Shown: positions 1-11,395, numbered from the stretch's first letter. The stretch is 64,000 nucleotides of DNA from an uncultured Veillonellaceae bacterium (GCA_963805085.1 CAWDTA010000002.1:1600001-1664000), one strand, 5' to 3'. The notes: a model not told the origin generated them from the letters alone. Numbers and translations are program-made.

Positions 1-1
1 G

Positions 2-1174
2 TCGGCTGATTTAAGTGGAGGTTTAGATTCTACAAGTTTATCCGTATTGGCCGCGAAAATGATGGATAAAAAGGGACAAACCTTGAATACGATTACATAT
101 GGAAGTACTTCTGAAAGAGAAGATACTATTTATGCCCAAAAAGTTGCTTCAAAATTTGCAAATATTAATTCTAATATTTTAGGAGTACATGAATTTCCTT
201 CAGCTTTTAGTAATTTAGAAATTCCTTTAACAGACGAACCACTCATAAACGCAACTACATTCGGAAACTTTTACTATGGTTTTAATTTTATTAAAGCAAT
301 GAACTCGGAACTTCATCTTAGTGGTGAAGGTGCAGATGCGGTTCTTTTATCTCCATATTCTTATTTGGCTGATTTGATTTTAAAGAGAAAAATAAAAACA
401 CTTTTTAGCCATATCAATGGATGGGCAAAAGTAAAAAACATTTCGCAAGGATTTTTAATCAAAAGCGCATTCATGCTTAGTATAACTAAATACCAACATT
501 GGGCTAAAAAACAATCTATAAATCTGCAAAGAAATCAAAACAAACAAAATATTTTTGAATTGGGTTGGTTTCAAGCCCCCCAAAAAGCTAGCTGGCATAC
601 TGATGAAGCAGTGAGAGTTATTGTTTCTTTGTTAAAAACACATTCGATAACAGGTATTCCGTTTTCTGAAAAGCCGGGACAACATGAAGCTTATTCTAAT
701 ATTTTGGCTATTGGTCGTACGTCAAGAGTGCTTCAACAGGTAGCAGGAGCATATGACGTTAATTTAGATTTTCCATATTTAGATGCCATGATTGTTGATA
801 CTTGTTTACAAGCAAAGACAGAAGACCGCAATAATCCATTTCTTTTTAAACCATTGCTCTATCATTCTTTAAAATCCGATATTCCAGAGTTTATTTTATC
901 GAGAACAACTAAAGGAGATTATACCGATGACTTATATAAAGGAATTCAAAAAAATCTCAATACTGTTATTAATTTGTTCCAAGAGTCGTACCTGCATAAT
1001 TTAGGATTAATTTGTTCGAATACTTTAATAGAAGCGGCTAAAACATTTAATATGGGATTGGATGTTGGACTTTGTCAATTTTGCAATACAGTAGCAGCAG
1101 AATTATGGATAAGAAATATTAAATCTAATCAACAACAGTATTGGAGGAAAAAATATGTTGCCAACAAAACTTAA
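2..1174 (+). CDS. Lasso peptide cyclase (asparagine synthase-like C protein), 5'-truncated by window edge
   Basis: Frame is open from base 2 and reads SADLSGGLDSTSL (ATP-binding SGGLDS). Also has DEP, LSGEGADAVL and RTTKGDY motifs. Clustered with RRE and B2 genes. Confidence 0.9.
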   Translation, partial: SADLSGGLDSTSLSVLAAKMMDKKGQTLNTITYGSTSEREDTIYAQKVASKFANINSNILGVHEFPSAFSNLEIPLTDEPLINATTFGNFYYGFNFIKAMNSELHLSGEGADAVLLSPYSYLADLILKRKIKTLFSHINGWAKVKNISQGFLIKSAFMLSITKYQHWAKKQSINLQRNQNKQNIFELGWFQAPQKASWHTDEAVRVIVSLLKTHSITGIPFSEKPGQHEAYSNILAIGRTSRVLQQVAGAYDVNLDFPYLDAMIVDTCLQAKTEDRNNPFLFKPLLYHSLKSDIPEFILSRTTKGDYTDDLYKGIQKNLNTVINLFQESYLHNLGLICSNTLIEAAKTFNMGLDVGLCQFCNTVAAELWIRNIKSNQQQYWRKKYVANKT

Positions 1175-2927
1175 AACAGTTTTGTATACATTGAAATTAG
1201 CTTGGGATACTAACCGCGTTATGGCGTTTTTTTTAGTAGCATTACTGTTTATACAAGCAATTATGGGCGTTGCTGTTTTATGGACAATGGGACGCATAAT
1301 CAACGAAATTGTCGCAAATCAATTCAGTTTAATAACTATAGCTATGCTTGTATCAACATTAGCAATGACTTTAATTTTTCCTACAGTTTTTCAAATAGCT
1401 CAGAGCATTTTTATGGATAAAGCTAGTATACATGTTGGTTATCGTTTTTTGCAATCAATTCTTTCGATGGTTACGATAGAAGAATTAGAAAAACCAAAAT
1501 TTTTTCAACAAGTCACAAATGTTCGTCAGCGACTACAAAGAGATCTGGCTGGAGTAATTATATTTGTTTCTTATGGGGCGCAAAACCTTTTAATGGGGAC
1601 AGTGTTGCTAATTGTTCTCGGAATGTATTCCTGGCCATTAGTTTTTTTTCTTTTATTTACACTTATTCCTCGTGCACAAATAGAATTGGAATTTGTTTCT
1701 ATGACAGATGAAACACTTGAAATGAACGACCCAGAAGCACGACGTCTTAGCGCAATAAGAAATAGTATGTTAAGCCGTGATACGGTAATGGATGCATTGA
1801 TACATAATATTGCAGATTTATTAACGAAAACTTATGAAAATTTGTTTGATGATGTATCCAAAAAAATTAATCGAGAACGAAATCGTATACTGAACAATGT
1901 TTTATGGCGAACTCTGATTTTTGTTGCAGGTCCTACTATTTCAATTGCTTGGATTATTACACAGAAAGATATTAATGCCGGTAATGTTTTTTTATATATT
2001 AGTGCTATTTTGGCAATGGGAATGTCAATCTTAAATGGGTTTTATAATGTAGGCGTAGCCATGCGTATTTCTTCTTTTGCGAATGAAATTAAAGCAACAT
2101 TAGATATGGACATTAAAAAGAAAGCTAAAGCTATTCCAGTAGATTCGAATGAATTTTCCGTTCAAATTCAGGATTTGTGGTTTAGATATAATACTGATAC
2201 AGAACCGCTGTTACAAGGAATAAACCTGACAATAAACCACGGTGAATGTATTGCGCTAGTTGGTGAAAATGGGGCTGGAAAAACAACATTAATAAAATTG
2301 ATTTCGGGATTATATTATCCAGATAAAGGAAATATAAAGATTAATAATTCTTTACTAATACCAGATAATATACCCTCCTTTCGTAACGAAATGGCGGTTT
2401 TAACTCAGGATTATCTTCGCTTTGCTGGCACTGTGGCGGAAAATATAACTTTTGGTCTATGTCGAGATGAAGAAAAGCTAATCTCTGTATTAAAAGATGT
2501 TGGACTATATTCGTTTGTTGAACAGTTACCCAATAAATTAGATACTTCTTTATCAGGCTCATTTGGAGGAACAGAATTATCAGGAGGTCAGTGGCAAAAA
2601 ATTGCCTTAGCTCGTGTTCTGTATCGTTCACCTAAATGCTTAATTCTTGATGAACCATTAGCGTCTTTAGATGTAGAATCAGAAGTGGAGTTTTATCAGG
2701 CAATTCGCCGTTGGAGTAAAGGGCGTACTGTTATTATTGTGTCTCATCGATTAGCAGTTAACCAATTTGTAGATCGAATTTTGTTTTTAAAAGACGGAAA
2801 AATTGTTCAAGACGGAACACATACTAACCTAATGCAAGAACAAGGATATTATTCTGAACTTTACATAAAGCAACTTTATAATCTTGGTTTGCTAGAAAAG
2901 GAGGGAAGAATTAAGGATGAAATATAA
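1155..2927 (+). CDS. ABC exporter (TMD+NBD), lasso cluster
   Basis: N-terminal TM helices, GENGAGKT, LSGGQWQ, ILDEP; overlaps the cyclase end. Confidence 0.9.
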   Translation: MLPTKLKTVLYTLKLAWDTNRVMAFFLVALLFIQAIMGVAVLWTMGRIINEIVANQFSLITIAMLVSTLAMTLIFPTVFQIAQSIFMDKASIHVGYRFLQSILSMVTIEELEKPKFFQQVTNVRQRLQRDLAGVIIFVSYGAQNLLMGTVLLIVLGMYSWPLVFFLLFTLIPRAQIELEFVSMTDETLEMNDPEARRLSAIRNSMLSRDTVMDALIHNIADLLTKTYENLFDDVSKKINRERNRILNNVLWRTLIFVAGPTISIAWIITQKDINAGNVFLYISAILAMGMSILNGFYNVGVAMRISSFANEIKATLDMDIKKKAKAIPVDSNEFSVQIQDLWFRYNTDTEPLLQGINLTINHGECIALVGENGAGKTTLIKLISGLYYPDKGNIKINNSLLIPDNIPSFRNEMAVLTQDYLRFAGTVAENITFGLCRDEEKLISVLKDVGLYSFVEQLPNKLDTSLSGSFGGTELSGGQWQKIALARVLYRSPKCLILDEPLASLDVESEVEFYQAIRRWSKGRTVIIVSHRLAVNQFVDRILFLKDGKIVQDGTHTNLMQEQGYYSELYIKQLYNLGLLEKEGRIKDEI

Positions 2928-4701
2928 ATTTGCCGAAAGAATTACTGCAATTAAAAACTGGGTAAGCAGTTTTTTAATCAATCTTAAACTTGCGTTTAAT
3001 GTTGATCTAAAAAGTACTTTAATTTTAATTTTTTCTGCTTTTATTACCGGCATTGCACCAGTTGTCTTAGCTATTACAACTGGAATGGTGGTTGGACAAT
3101 TTATTCCTGGGTCTGCAGCTTCCATAGGTAAAATAATTATAATATATACTGTAACTTACAGTATGCTACAATTTGGTCATATAGGAGTGGTGTCTCAACG
3201 TGGGCGACTGGCGGAAAGAATTACGAGAACTATGAGTGAGCAAATTATGAAATTGCCGCCAAAATGGATAGGAGTAGAACATTTCGAGAATAAAGAAATA
3301 TACGATAAAATAGCAACAGTTGATAATTTAATTGGGAGTATGGCATCAGTTTTTTTTGTACAAGCAATAACTTCGGCAATAACATGTCTTGGCACATTTG
3401 TTCTTCTATGGGTAATAGATTGGCGTATAGCGATATTATCATCAATAGTTATAATACCTCTAGCTGTTTGGCAAGCAAAAGAGTCAAGAAAATCGCAAAT
3501 TGATATCCAGATGTTGTCTCCTAATTATAGACGAATCAATTATCTACTTGAACTATCAACAGAAATAAAGACAGCAAAAGAAATAAAATTATTAAATGCT
3601 GAAAAATTTATTCTTGATAATTATCAAAAGCACAGCGAATCAATTCTGAAAGAACTTTTGTATATACGATTAAAAGAAGGCATAAAGTCAATATCAGGTA
3701 CGATTATTTGCGGATTATCTTTAGGCGTGATATGTGGACTTATAGTGTTTTGGTCAATTGATAGTCAATTGGATCCTGTTAAATTAGCGATTTTTTTTGT
3801 TGCAATTAAAGAGGGACAACAAGCAGTGGGGCAAGTATATTCATTTATGTGGGCATTTTCCACTTTAACGTTATTTTTCTCTACGATGATAGAAATGCAA
3901 AAATTTGAGGGATTGCCACAAGGAACACAAAATATAACAGAAATAGAGTCCTTGGCAACTAATAATATAAGTTTTACATATCAAGGAAGAAATCGGGCAG
4001 CACTTTCCGAAATTAATATTAGTATTAATCGAGGAGAAATTTTAGTTATTGTTGGTGAAAATGGCGCGGGGAAAAGCTCTTTAATTAAACTTCTTACTCG
4101 TATGTATGATCCGAAAGAAGGAACACTCAATATTAATGGTAATGATTTGAAACAATTTGATACTACCAGCTATAGAAATTTACTGGGTGTTTCTTTGCAA
4201 GATGTGGGCAGATTTCCGTTAACTCTGAAAGAAAATATTTTCTTCGATAAAAATGATTGTACGGAAAACGTGAAAGAAGTATTCAAAAAAATAGATATGG
4301 AGACTTATCTTGCAAAACTGCCTAAAGGTGGAGATGAATTGGTAGGGCGGCAATGGGGTGGTATTGAGATGTCAGGAGGTCAATGGCAAAAAATAGGATC
4401 TGCGCGGGTGTTTGCTAGACCTAATACAGATTTACTGATTATGGATGAGCCAAATACATTTTTGGATGCACATGCTGAGGCGGCTTTGCTTGATAATATA
4501 GTAAAATATATCCGAAATAATAATCTGAGCTGCATTTTCATTACTCATCGTTTAGGTGCAGCACGAATAGGTGATCGTATTCTCGTTATGCATGACGGAA
4601 AGATTGTTGAGTCTGGAACACACGCGGAGCTAATAAAAAATCAAGGGAAATATTCAAAATTATGGAGTATACAGAAAGAACAGTATCAGTTAGTTGATTA
4701 A
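2917..4701 (+). CDS. Second ABC exporter (TMD+NBD), lasso cluster
   Basis: GENGAGKS, MSGGQWQ, IMDEP; overlaps the previous gene. Confidence 0.9.
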   Translation: MKYKFAERITAIKNWVSSFLINLKLAFNVDLKSTLILIFSAFITGIAPVVLAITTGMVVGQFIPGSAASIGKIIIIYTVTYSMLQFGHIGVVSQRGRLAERITRTMSEQIMKLPPKWIGVEHFENKEIYDKIATVDNLIGSMASVFFVQAITSAITCLGTFVLLWVIDWRIAILSSIVIIPLAVWQAKESRKSQIDIQMLSPNYRRINYLLELSTEIKTAKEIKLLNAEKFILDNYQKHSESILKELLYIRLKEGIKSISGTIICGLSLGVICGLIVFWSIDSQLDPVKLAIFFVAIKEGQQAVGQVYSFMWAFSTLTLFFSTMIEMQKFEGLPQGTQNITEIESLATNNISFTYQGRNRAALSEINISINRGEILVIVGENGAGKSSLIKLLTRMYDPKEGTLNINGNDLKQFDTTSYRNLLGVSLQDVGRFPLTLKENIFFDKNDCTENVKEVFKKIDMETYLAKLPKGGDELVGRQWGGIEMSGGQWQKIGSARVFARPNTDLLIMDEPNTFLDAHAEAALLDNIVKYIRNNNLSCIFITHRLGAARIGDRILVMHDGKIVESGTHAELIKNQGKYSKLWSIQKEQYQLVD

Positions 4702-4737
4702 ATAAGCGTTTTCATTAAAAATGCGGGAGGAATATTG

Positions 4738-5004
4738 ATGAAAAACCTTCGTATGCCAGAACATGTAAAAATCAGCTCTTTTGAAGGAAAGGCTATTTTG
4801 TTAGATTCGCGTAACAATATGTATTATTGTTTGAACGAAAGTGCGTTAGAGTTTTTGGATATTTTTAGTAATGTTCAATCTTTTGAACAGGCCGTGGAAG
4901 ATTTTGTGAAAAAATATGAAGGTGTATCTATTGAGCAAATAAAACAGGATATGCGAGATTTATTTACAGAATTAATAAATGCTGGGTTGCTTGAACATTT
5001 CTAA
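4738..5004 (+). CDS. PqqD-family RiPP recognition element (lasso B1/E)
   Basis: 88 aa with AILLDSRNNMYYCLNESA...L.NAGLL pattern; GGGAGG RBS. Confidence 0.85.
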   Translation: MKNLRMPEHVKISSFEGKAILLDSRNNMYYCLNESALEFLDIFSNVQSFEQAVEDFVKKYEGVSIEQIKQDMRDLFTELINAGLLEHF

Positions 5005-5028
5005 ACTTTATGGAAGGAGAATATAATA

Positions 5029-5451
5029 ATGACTAAGCAAATGGCTTGGAATTCATTAGATTTAGATTTAAATTTATTAGAATATATTCAAGGATTATTC
5101 TCTATAATATTAGCTTATATTCTATTACATGGCTTTTCGTTAGAAAAACTAAGAAAATTATTATTAACTGTAACAAAAAAAAGAATGAAGGAAGAATACA
5201 GTTTTGATGAAGCTATTAGAGTATGGCTGGCTATTAGAAAATCTCAAAAATTTTTGTTACTAAGAGTAGCTTGTATGGAACAATCATTAGCATTTGTTAT
5301 TTTTTCTATTTTAAAAAGAAAACGTGTTTTATGGTGCATTGGAGCCAAATTAAATCCGTTTGAAGCACATGCATGGATTGAAATAGAAGGAGAGCCTTTT
5401 CAAGAACCGGATTATTCAAAACGACAGTTTCAAAAATTATTTGTTACTTGA
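5029..5451 (+). CDS. Lasso leader peptidase B2 (transglutaminase-like)
   Basis: ACMEQSLA (catalytic Cys) and GAKLNPFEAHAWIE (His, Glu). Confidence 0.9.
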   Translation: MTKQMAWNSLDLDLNLLEYIQGLFSIILAYILLHGFSLEKLRKLLLTVTKKRMKEEYSFDEAIRVWLAIRKSQKFLLLRVACMEQSLAFVIFSILKRKRVLWCIGAKLNPFEAHAWIEIEGEPFQEPDYSKRQFQKLFVT

Positions 5452-5683
5452 AGATAATAAATTAACCCACAATAAAAAAACAATCACACTAAAGTGCGTG
5501 TTGTCTTTTGAATTGACACAAAACGCGTTGTTAGTAGGCTTTGAGACAATCTAAAAGACACATCATAGATCCGAGGTGATAAAATGTGATTGGCAAAAGG
5601 TTATTGAGTCGGGATAAGAAAAATAAGTAAGGAGATTTCATAGTATTTATGTACTAAAGTTGCTATTGAAAGGGATTGCCTAT

Positions 5684-6430
5684 ATGATAGATAAATCTGG
5701 ATTTGTATCTGAATTATTGATTAATATAAGAAGAGAAAATATAAATCAATATCCTTATAATCTTGATGTTTTAAAAAATTTGAATAAGTTGGTTTTAAAT
5801 GAAAAAGTAACATTTTTAGTTGGAGAAAATGGAACGGGGAAATCAACGCTAATTGAAGCTATTGCGATTGCCTATGGATTTAATCCGGAAGGTGGTTCTA
5901 TAAATTTTAATTTTTCAACTAGATTTTCTTCATCTCAACTTTACAAAAACATAAGGATTAGAAAAACATTAAATCATCCTAAAGATGGATATTTTTTAAG
6001 AGCAGAAAGCTTTTACAATGTTGCAACAAATATTGAAGAAATGGATGATATTCCATCAGGAACAAAAAAAATTATTGAATCATATGGTGGTAAATCGCTG
6101 CATGAACAATCACATGGTGAATCATTTTTTTCCCTTTTTTTAAATAGATTTAGAGAAAATGGCTTTTATATTTTAGATGAACCAGAAGCCGCTCTTTCGG
6201 TAGAAAGACAATTGACATTTGTTTCACGATTACATGAACTAGTCGAAAACAATTCCCAGTTTGTTATTGCTACTCATTCACCGATTATATTATCCTATCC
6301 CAATTCAACAATATATGAAATTGGGCAAGATGGTCTCAACATAGTAACTTACGAAGATACAGAACAATATAAATTTATGAAGTTATTTATTAATAATTAT
6401 CCTAATATTCTAAAGAAAGTAATGGATTGA
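5684..6430 (+). CDS. Stand-alone AAA/ABC-type ATPase (COG3910-like)
   Basis: GENGTGKS, GFNPEGG, YFLRAESFYN, SHGESF, LDEPEAALS, ATHSP. Confidence 0.85.
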   Translation: MIDKSGFVSELLINIRRENINQYPYNLDVLKNLNKLVLNEKVTFLVGENGTGKSTLIEAIAIAYGFNPEGGSINFNFSTRFSSSQLYKNIRIRKTLNHPKDGYFLRAESFYNVATNIEEMDDIPSGTKKIIESYGGKSLHEQSHGESFFSLFLNRFRENGFYILDEPEAALSVERQLTFVSRLHELVENNSQFVIATHSPIILSYPNSTIYEIGQDGLNIVTYEDTEQYKFMKLFINNYPNILKKVMD

Positions 6431-6572
6431 AGAATTTTATAAAAAAGAGATTATTGTTCGTCCTTGTGCTGCCATTTGTTCTCTTACTCATGATAACGTG
6501 AAAATTATTGTTAACTTGCAAAAAAAATCTAGTCTTTGGTCTAAACAATACCCATAAAAATGAGGTTGGGCG

Positions 6573-6650
6573 ATGGCTAAAAAGCACATTAACTACCTAC
6601 AATGATTAGATACAACATGCACACTTGGTATCCCTGGGGCGAAGAAAGAG
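6573..6650 (+). pseudogene. Decayed N-terminal fragment of a YyaL/DUF255 thioredoxin-domain gene
   Basis: GAGG RBS, then MAKKHINYL..., QHAH and WYPWGEE in shifting frames (family motif NRL..[22 protein letters not shown]). Confidence 0.55.
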
Positions 6651-7294
6651 CTATTCTTGCCAATTCAGGCCGGCGTTCTTGTACTATCCGTGACTCTAAG
6701 GGACGGTTTGTTAAAGGTTCAATCGGAAGTTTTGCGCGGCAAAAAGTTCAACGTGCATATGAGTTACTGCAGGTTGAGCCTCTAATTTTTTACGCGCAAA
6801 ATTTTTGATTGCCTCAGAAGAAGGAAATCGCGGCTGGTTTGGCTATGGATTTTCAATCGTCTGCTATCCATTATTTTTATCTTTTCTAGGCGTAAAAAAC
6901 ATTTTTAGCTTAGCTTTTTAGCTGCCAATTGATTTAGCGATAGCTAGTTTTTCGCAATTTGAATATAACTTCCCCCCTCCCCGCTATTTGGTCTTGATAA
7001 AAAAATGTAATTTTAATCTATTTTATAGGGATGCCCCATAAAAAGCGAATAAGCCATTGTCAGTTTTTCCTTGTCGCATACAGGACACAGGGTTACATCT
7101 TTGCTAGTAAGAATTAATATACAAAGGGACGGTTGTAATTGTCTTTATTTTACTGATTTGGTATGGGAATCTGCGGCAAACTACTAAAGCATAGAGGGAC
7201 AGAAACGCTGTCCCTAATATCGATGTTTGCTGAGTTTTAACCCAATTCACAATGCAACCTCCAACCTCTCCCCATGCCCCGATAGTGCTTACTA

Positions 7295-7323
7295 TTGACA
7301 TTATAAAAAGCAAGACGTATACT
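7295..7323 (+). promoter_or_regulatory. Sigma-A promoter of the ileS leader
   Basis: TTGACA-17bp-TATACT. Confidence 0.8.
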
Positions 7324-7351
7324 TTTAATTAGATTTTAATAAAGATATCTG

Positions 7352-7582
7352 AAAAGCGATGATTAGGAAGAGTATTCATGCTAGGTAGTGGACAGAGAGT
7401 GGGGATGGTTGAGAACCTGCGACGATTGGTATGAGGAAAATCACCTGAGAGCTGATGGCTGAAAGTGGAGTAAGTCAATTCGTATTCCTGCGTTAAAGGA
7501 TAAGGTATGTTAGTACCTGAATGCATGATTAGGTGGTATAACGAGGTAGAAGCTTCGTCCTGAAAAGGGCGAAGCTTTTTGT
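7352..7582 (+). ncRNA. T-box riboswitch (Ile specifier)
   Basis: AGAGA and GGTTG stem-I motifs, specifier ATC at 7440-7442, T-box AGGTGGTATAACG at 7531-7543, terminator hairpin 7550-7580 with a T run. Confidence 0.9.
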
Positions 7583-7624
7583 GTTTTATTGAGCATAATA
7601 AATAGAAGAAAAGGAGTTTTAAAC

Positions 7625-10600
7625 GTGTATAAAAAAGTGGATTCCAAAACCAATTTTGTGAATATGGAAAAATCTGTTCTTGCGTTATGGGAAGAAAAAG
7701 ACATTATAAACAAAAACTTTCAGATGAATGAGGAGGGTGAATATTTTACCTTCTACGATGGCCCGCCAACAGCGAATGGTGTACCGCATATTGGTCATGT
7801 CGTTACTCGGGTTATTAAGGATCTTATCCCGCGTTATAAAGTAATGAAGGGTTATAAGGTTTTACGTAAGGCAGGTTGGGACACGCATGGCCTCCCAGTT
7901 GAACTTGAGGTGGAGAAAAATCTTGGTATATCCGGCAAGCCGCAAATCGAAGAGTATGGTGTGGAAAAATTTATAAAGAAGTGTAAAGATAGCGTATTTA
8001 CCTATGCAACTCAGTGGAAAGATATGTCCGAACGAGTGGGTTACTGGATTGATATGGAGAAGCCTTATGTTACCTATGAAAATGAATATATTGAATCGGT
8101 ATGGTGGTCTTTGAAACAACTTTGGGATAAAGAATTGCTATACAAAGGACATAAAATTGTTCCGTATTGCCCACGATGTGGGACAGCGCTGTCTTCACAT
8201 GAAGTTGCCCAAGGCTATAAGGATGTTAAGGATAGCTCTGCTTATGTGAAATTTAAACTGAAGGGTAAAAATGTTTCTATTTTGGTTTGGACGACAACCC
8301 CTTGGACGTTGCCAAGTAATGTAGCGCTTGCTGTTAATCGCAAATATGATTATGTGGAAATCATCAATCAGGAAGAGCATTTAATCCTTGCCAAAGCATT
8401 ACTTAACCAAATTGAAGGTGAATATGAGGTAGTTCGAGAGTTTAAAGGAGAAGAGCTTCTTGATCATGAATATGAGCCTATATTCTCTTTTGTTACGCCT
8501 GAGAAAAAAGCTTACTACGTTGTGCATGGAGATTTCGTAACGCTCAGTGATGGTACGGGGATCGTTCATATTGCACCTGCTTACGGTGAAGATGATAATC
8601 GGCTTGGACAAAAATATGATCTGCCTTTGGTAAATCTAGTGGATGTTCAGGGAAACTTTGTAGAAGAAGTTACGCCTTGGCAGGGGATGTTTGTGAAAAA
8701 AGCAGATGAAAAAATCATTGTAACGATGAAGAACAATGGTGCTCTCTATAAAACAGAAAAGTATCTTCATTCCTATCCTTTCTGCTGGCGCTGTGATACA
8801 CCGCTTTTATATTATCCAAGAGATTCGTGGTTCGTAAAGATGTCCTCATTACGCGATAATCTCTTGAAAAATAATGATAAAATCAACTGGTATCCTGACA
8901 ATATCAAGAACGGACGTTTTGGTAATTTCTTAGAAAATGTGATTGATTGGGGACTAAGTCGGGAACGTTATTGGGGTACGCCTCTACCAATATGGGAATG
9001 CGAATGCGGGCATAGGGAGTGCATTGGCAGCATTGCAGAATTACGAGAAAAGGGAATCCAGGTGCCAGAGGGTCTCGAACTGCATAAACCTTATATTGAT
9101 GCTGTAGCATTGCAATGTCCTCATTGTGCAAAAGAAATGAAAAGAGTAAGTGAGGTTATTGATTGTTGGTACGATTCTGGTTCAATGCCGTTTGCTCAAT
9201 ACCATTTTCCTTTTGAGAATAAAGAATTGTTTGAACAAAATTTTCCTGCCCAATTTATATCGGAAGCAGTCGATCAGACGAGAGGTTGGTTTTACACACT
9301 TCTCGCTATATCTACGGCTATATTTGACAAGAGTTCTTTTGAAAACTGTATCGTTCTGGGACATGTGCTAGATAAAAACGGCATTAAAATGTCAAAACAT
9401 AAAGGAAACGTTTTAAGTCCATTTACAGTCTTGGAAAATGAAGGGGCCGATGCTTTGCGGTGGTATTTTTATACCGCCAGTGCGCCTTGGCTTCCATCAA
9501 GATTTTATGAAGATGCAGTAATTGACGTTCAACGTAAATTTTTGAATACCTTATGGAATGTATATTCTTTCTATGTCCTGTATGCTGAGATTGACCAGTT
9601 TGATCCGACGAAGTATCAAGAGAGAGAAAGCCAGCATGTCATGGATAAGTGGATTATATCTAAGCTTAATACGATGATCCATAAAGTCGATGAAAATTTG
9701 GATGCGTATAATATCACTGGAGCAGCAGAACTTATCCAAGAGTTTACTGAGGAATTGTCAAACTGGTATGTGCGGAGAAATAGAACTAGATATTGGGTTA
9801 TGGATATGACAGAGGATAAGATTGATGCTTATCTTACCTTGCATACTGTGTTAAAGAATCTAGTCATCGTGGCAGCGCCTTTTGTACCATTTATCACGGA
9901 AGAAATTTATCAAAATCTGGTCGTACGCCTAAATGCGGCGGAACCGGAGAGCGTTCATTTGTGCAGATGGCCTGTTTATGATGAAAAACTCGTTGATCGG
10001 CAGTTGGAAACTGAGATGGAGTTGACTTACCAAATCTGTGGTCTTGGCCGGAGTGCAAGAAATGTGGCCAATATTAAAAACAGACAACCTCTTTCGAAGA
10101 TGCTGCTCAGTACGAAGAACTTACCTGACTATTATATCGACATCATCAAAGAAGAATTGAATATAAAGAGCGTAGAAGTCAACGCCAACATGGCTGATTA
10201 TGTAAGTTATACCGTAAAACCAAATTCGCCAGTGTTAGGGAAAACCCATGGTAAGTTTATACCTAGCATTAGAAAAGCGATTGCAGAGATGGATCAAATG
10301 GCATTAGCGTTGAAAATTTTAAATGGTGAGACACTTACCGTAGAAATTGATGATACTGCCATCGAATTTAACGCTAAAAATTTGTTGATCTCAATGAATG
10401 GTCTAGAGGGCTTTGCTTTCGCTGGCGAAGGTGAAGTTGGCGTTGTGCTTGATACCCATATCTCTGAAAGCTTGAGAGTTGAAGGGTATGCGCGCGAAAT
10501 CATCAGCAAAATCCAAACGATGAGAAAAGATAGTTCTTTTGAGGTAATGGACAAGATTACAATCTATATGACAGGGAATAGCCTTCTTCAAGGCGTTGTC

Positions 10601-10726
10601 AATCAATATAAGGACTATATCATGAGCGAAACTTTAGCAGTGCAGATTATATTTGATGAAGCAAGAGAGTATACCGATGTAATAATTAACGGTGAACAAT
10701 TGAAGTTGGCTGTTGCAAGACAATAG
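7625..10726 (+). CDS. ileS: Isoleucyl-tRNA synthetase, type 2
   Basis: [36 protein letters not shown]; long type-2 C-terminus; GTG start after AAGGAG. Confidence 0.95.
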   Translation: MYKKVDSKTNFVNMEKSVLALWEEKDIINKNFQMNEEGEYFTFYDGPPTANGVPHIGHVVTRVIKDLIPRYKVMKGYKVLRKAGWDTHGLPVELEVEKNLGISGKPQIEEYGVEKFIKKCKDSVFTYATQWKDMSERVGYWIDMEKPYVTYENEYIESVWWSLKQLWDKELLYKGHKIVPYCPRCGTALSSHEVAQGYKDVKDSSAYVKFKLKGKNVSILVWTTTPWTLPSNVALAVNRKYDYVEIINQEEHLILAKALLNQIEGEYEVVREFKGEELLDHEYEPIFSFVTPEKKAYYVVHGDFVTLSDGTGIVHIAPAYGEDDNRLGQKYDLPLVNLVDVQGNFVEEVTPWQGMFVKKADEKIIVTMKNNGALYKTEKYLHSYPFCWRCDTPLLYYPRDSWFVKMSSLRDNLLKNNDKINWYPDNIKNGRFGNFLENVIDWGLSRERYWGTPLPIWECECGHRECIGSIAELREKGIQVPEGLELHKPYIDAVALQCPHCAKEMKRVSEVIDCWYDSGSMPFAQYHFPFENKELFEQNFPAQFISEAVDQTRGWFYTLLAISTAIFDKSSFENCIVLGHVLDKNGIKMSKHKGNVLSPFTVLENEGADALRWYFYTASAPWLPSRFYEDAVIDVQRKFLNTLWNVYSFYVLYAEIDQFDPTKYQERESQHVMDKWIISKLNTMIHKVDENLDAYNITGAAELIQEFTEELSNWYVRRNRTRYWVMDMTEDKIDAYLTLHTVLKNLVIVAAPFVPFITEEIYQNLVVRLNAAEPESVHLCRWPVYDEKLVDRQLETEMELTYQICGLGRSARNVANIKNRQPLSKMLLSTKNLPDYYIDIIKEELNIKSVEVNANMADYVSYTVKPNSPVLGKTHGKFIPSIRKAIAEMDQMALALKILNGETLTVEIDDTAIEFNAKNLLISMNGLEGFAFAGEGEVGVVLDTHISESLRVEGYAREIISKIQTMRKDSSFEVMDKITIYMTGNSLLQGVVNQYKDYIMSETLAVQIIFDEAREYTDVIINGEQLKLAVARQ

Positions 10727-10778
10727 CCCCATCCGAGTTTATCCGAGAATTTAATTCAATGAAAGTAGTAAAAATAGA

Positions 10779-10819
10779 ACTCCTGCCAAATTTTTGTAGA
10801 AATTTGGCAGGAGTCTTTT
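10779..10819 (+). terminator. Intrinsic terminator after ileS
   Basis: ACTCCTGCCAAATTT/AAATTTGGCAGGAGT followed by CTTTT. Confidence 0.8.
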
Positions 10820-10960
10820 GTATTTAGAGGAAATAATAGAACTTCTGATATCTTCGATTTCAGAGCATATTGAATTACCGATAACAATGTAACTGTTTGA
10901 ATATTTCGTTCAACGCAGATATCGACTCCGCGGTACTTAATAAAATATAACTACTTATAC

Positions 10961-10991
10961 TTGACTTACAGTTAACTATAAGTGCTATGCT
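10961..10991 (+). promoter_or_regulatory. MerR-type promoter with dyad operator
   Basis: TTGACT-19bp-TATGCT; dyad ACTTACAGTT/AACTATAAGT (1 mismatch) at 10964-10983. Confidence 0.75.
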
Positions 10992-11032
10992 AAAATCAAT
11001 TAAGCAGTGAGACTATATTGGGGGGCAGAAAA

Positions 11033-11395
11033 ATGAATATTACTGAGGTTAGCAAAAAATTTAATCTTTCACCATATACTCTGCGTTATTATGAACGAAT
11101 TGGGGTATTGCCTAATGTTACACGGAACAAGAGCGGTATTCGTGATTATTCGGAAGCAGATTGTCGTTGGGTTGAATTTGTAAAATGTATGAAAGGAGCA
11201 GGATTACCAATTGAAGTACTAATTGCATATGTCCCTTTATTCCAACAAGGTGATGCAACAAAAGAAGCAAGAAAAATATTACTGATTGAGCAGCGAGATC
11301 ACTTGGTAGAGCGTATCATGGGAATGCAAAAAGCAGTAGATCGTTTAAATGTAAAAATCGAACGTTTGAACGAATCTACTGCGACCAAAGCATAG
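11033..11395 (+). CDS. MerR-family regulator (AdhR-like)
   Basis: TLRYYERIG, SGIRDY, FVKCMKGAGLPIE. Confidence 0.9.
   Translation: MNITEVSKKFNLSPYTLRYYERIGVLPNVTRNKSGIRDYSEADCRWVEFVKCMKGAGLPIEVLIAYVPLFQQGDATKEARKILLIEQRDHLVERIMGMQKAVDRLNVKIERLNESTATKA

Noticed and set aside
5684-6430. AAA ATPase as part of the lasso cluster or a defence system
   Set aside because: Common stand-alone family, separated by 230 bp, with no nuclease or TOPRIM partner.
6602-6808. 68-aa ORF as lasso precursor
   Set aside because: No lasso leader or core pattern; it overlaps a DUF255 remnant. No precursor-like ORF in 5452-5683 either.
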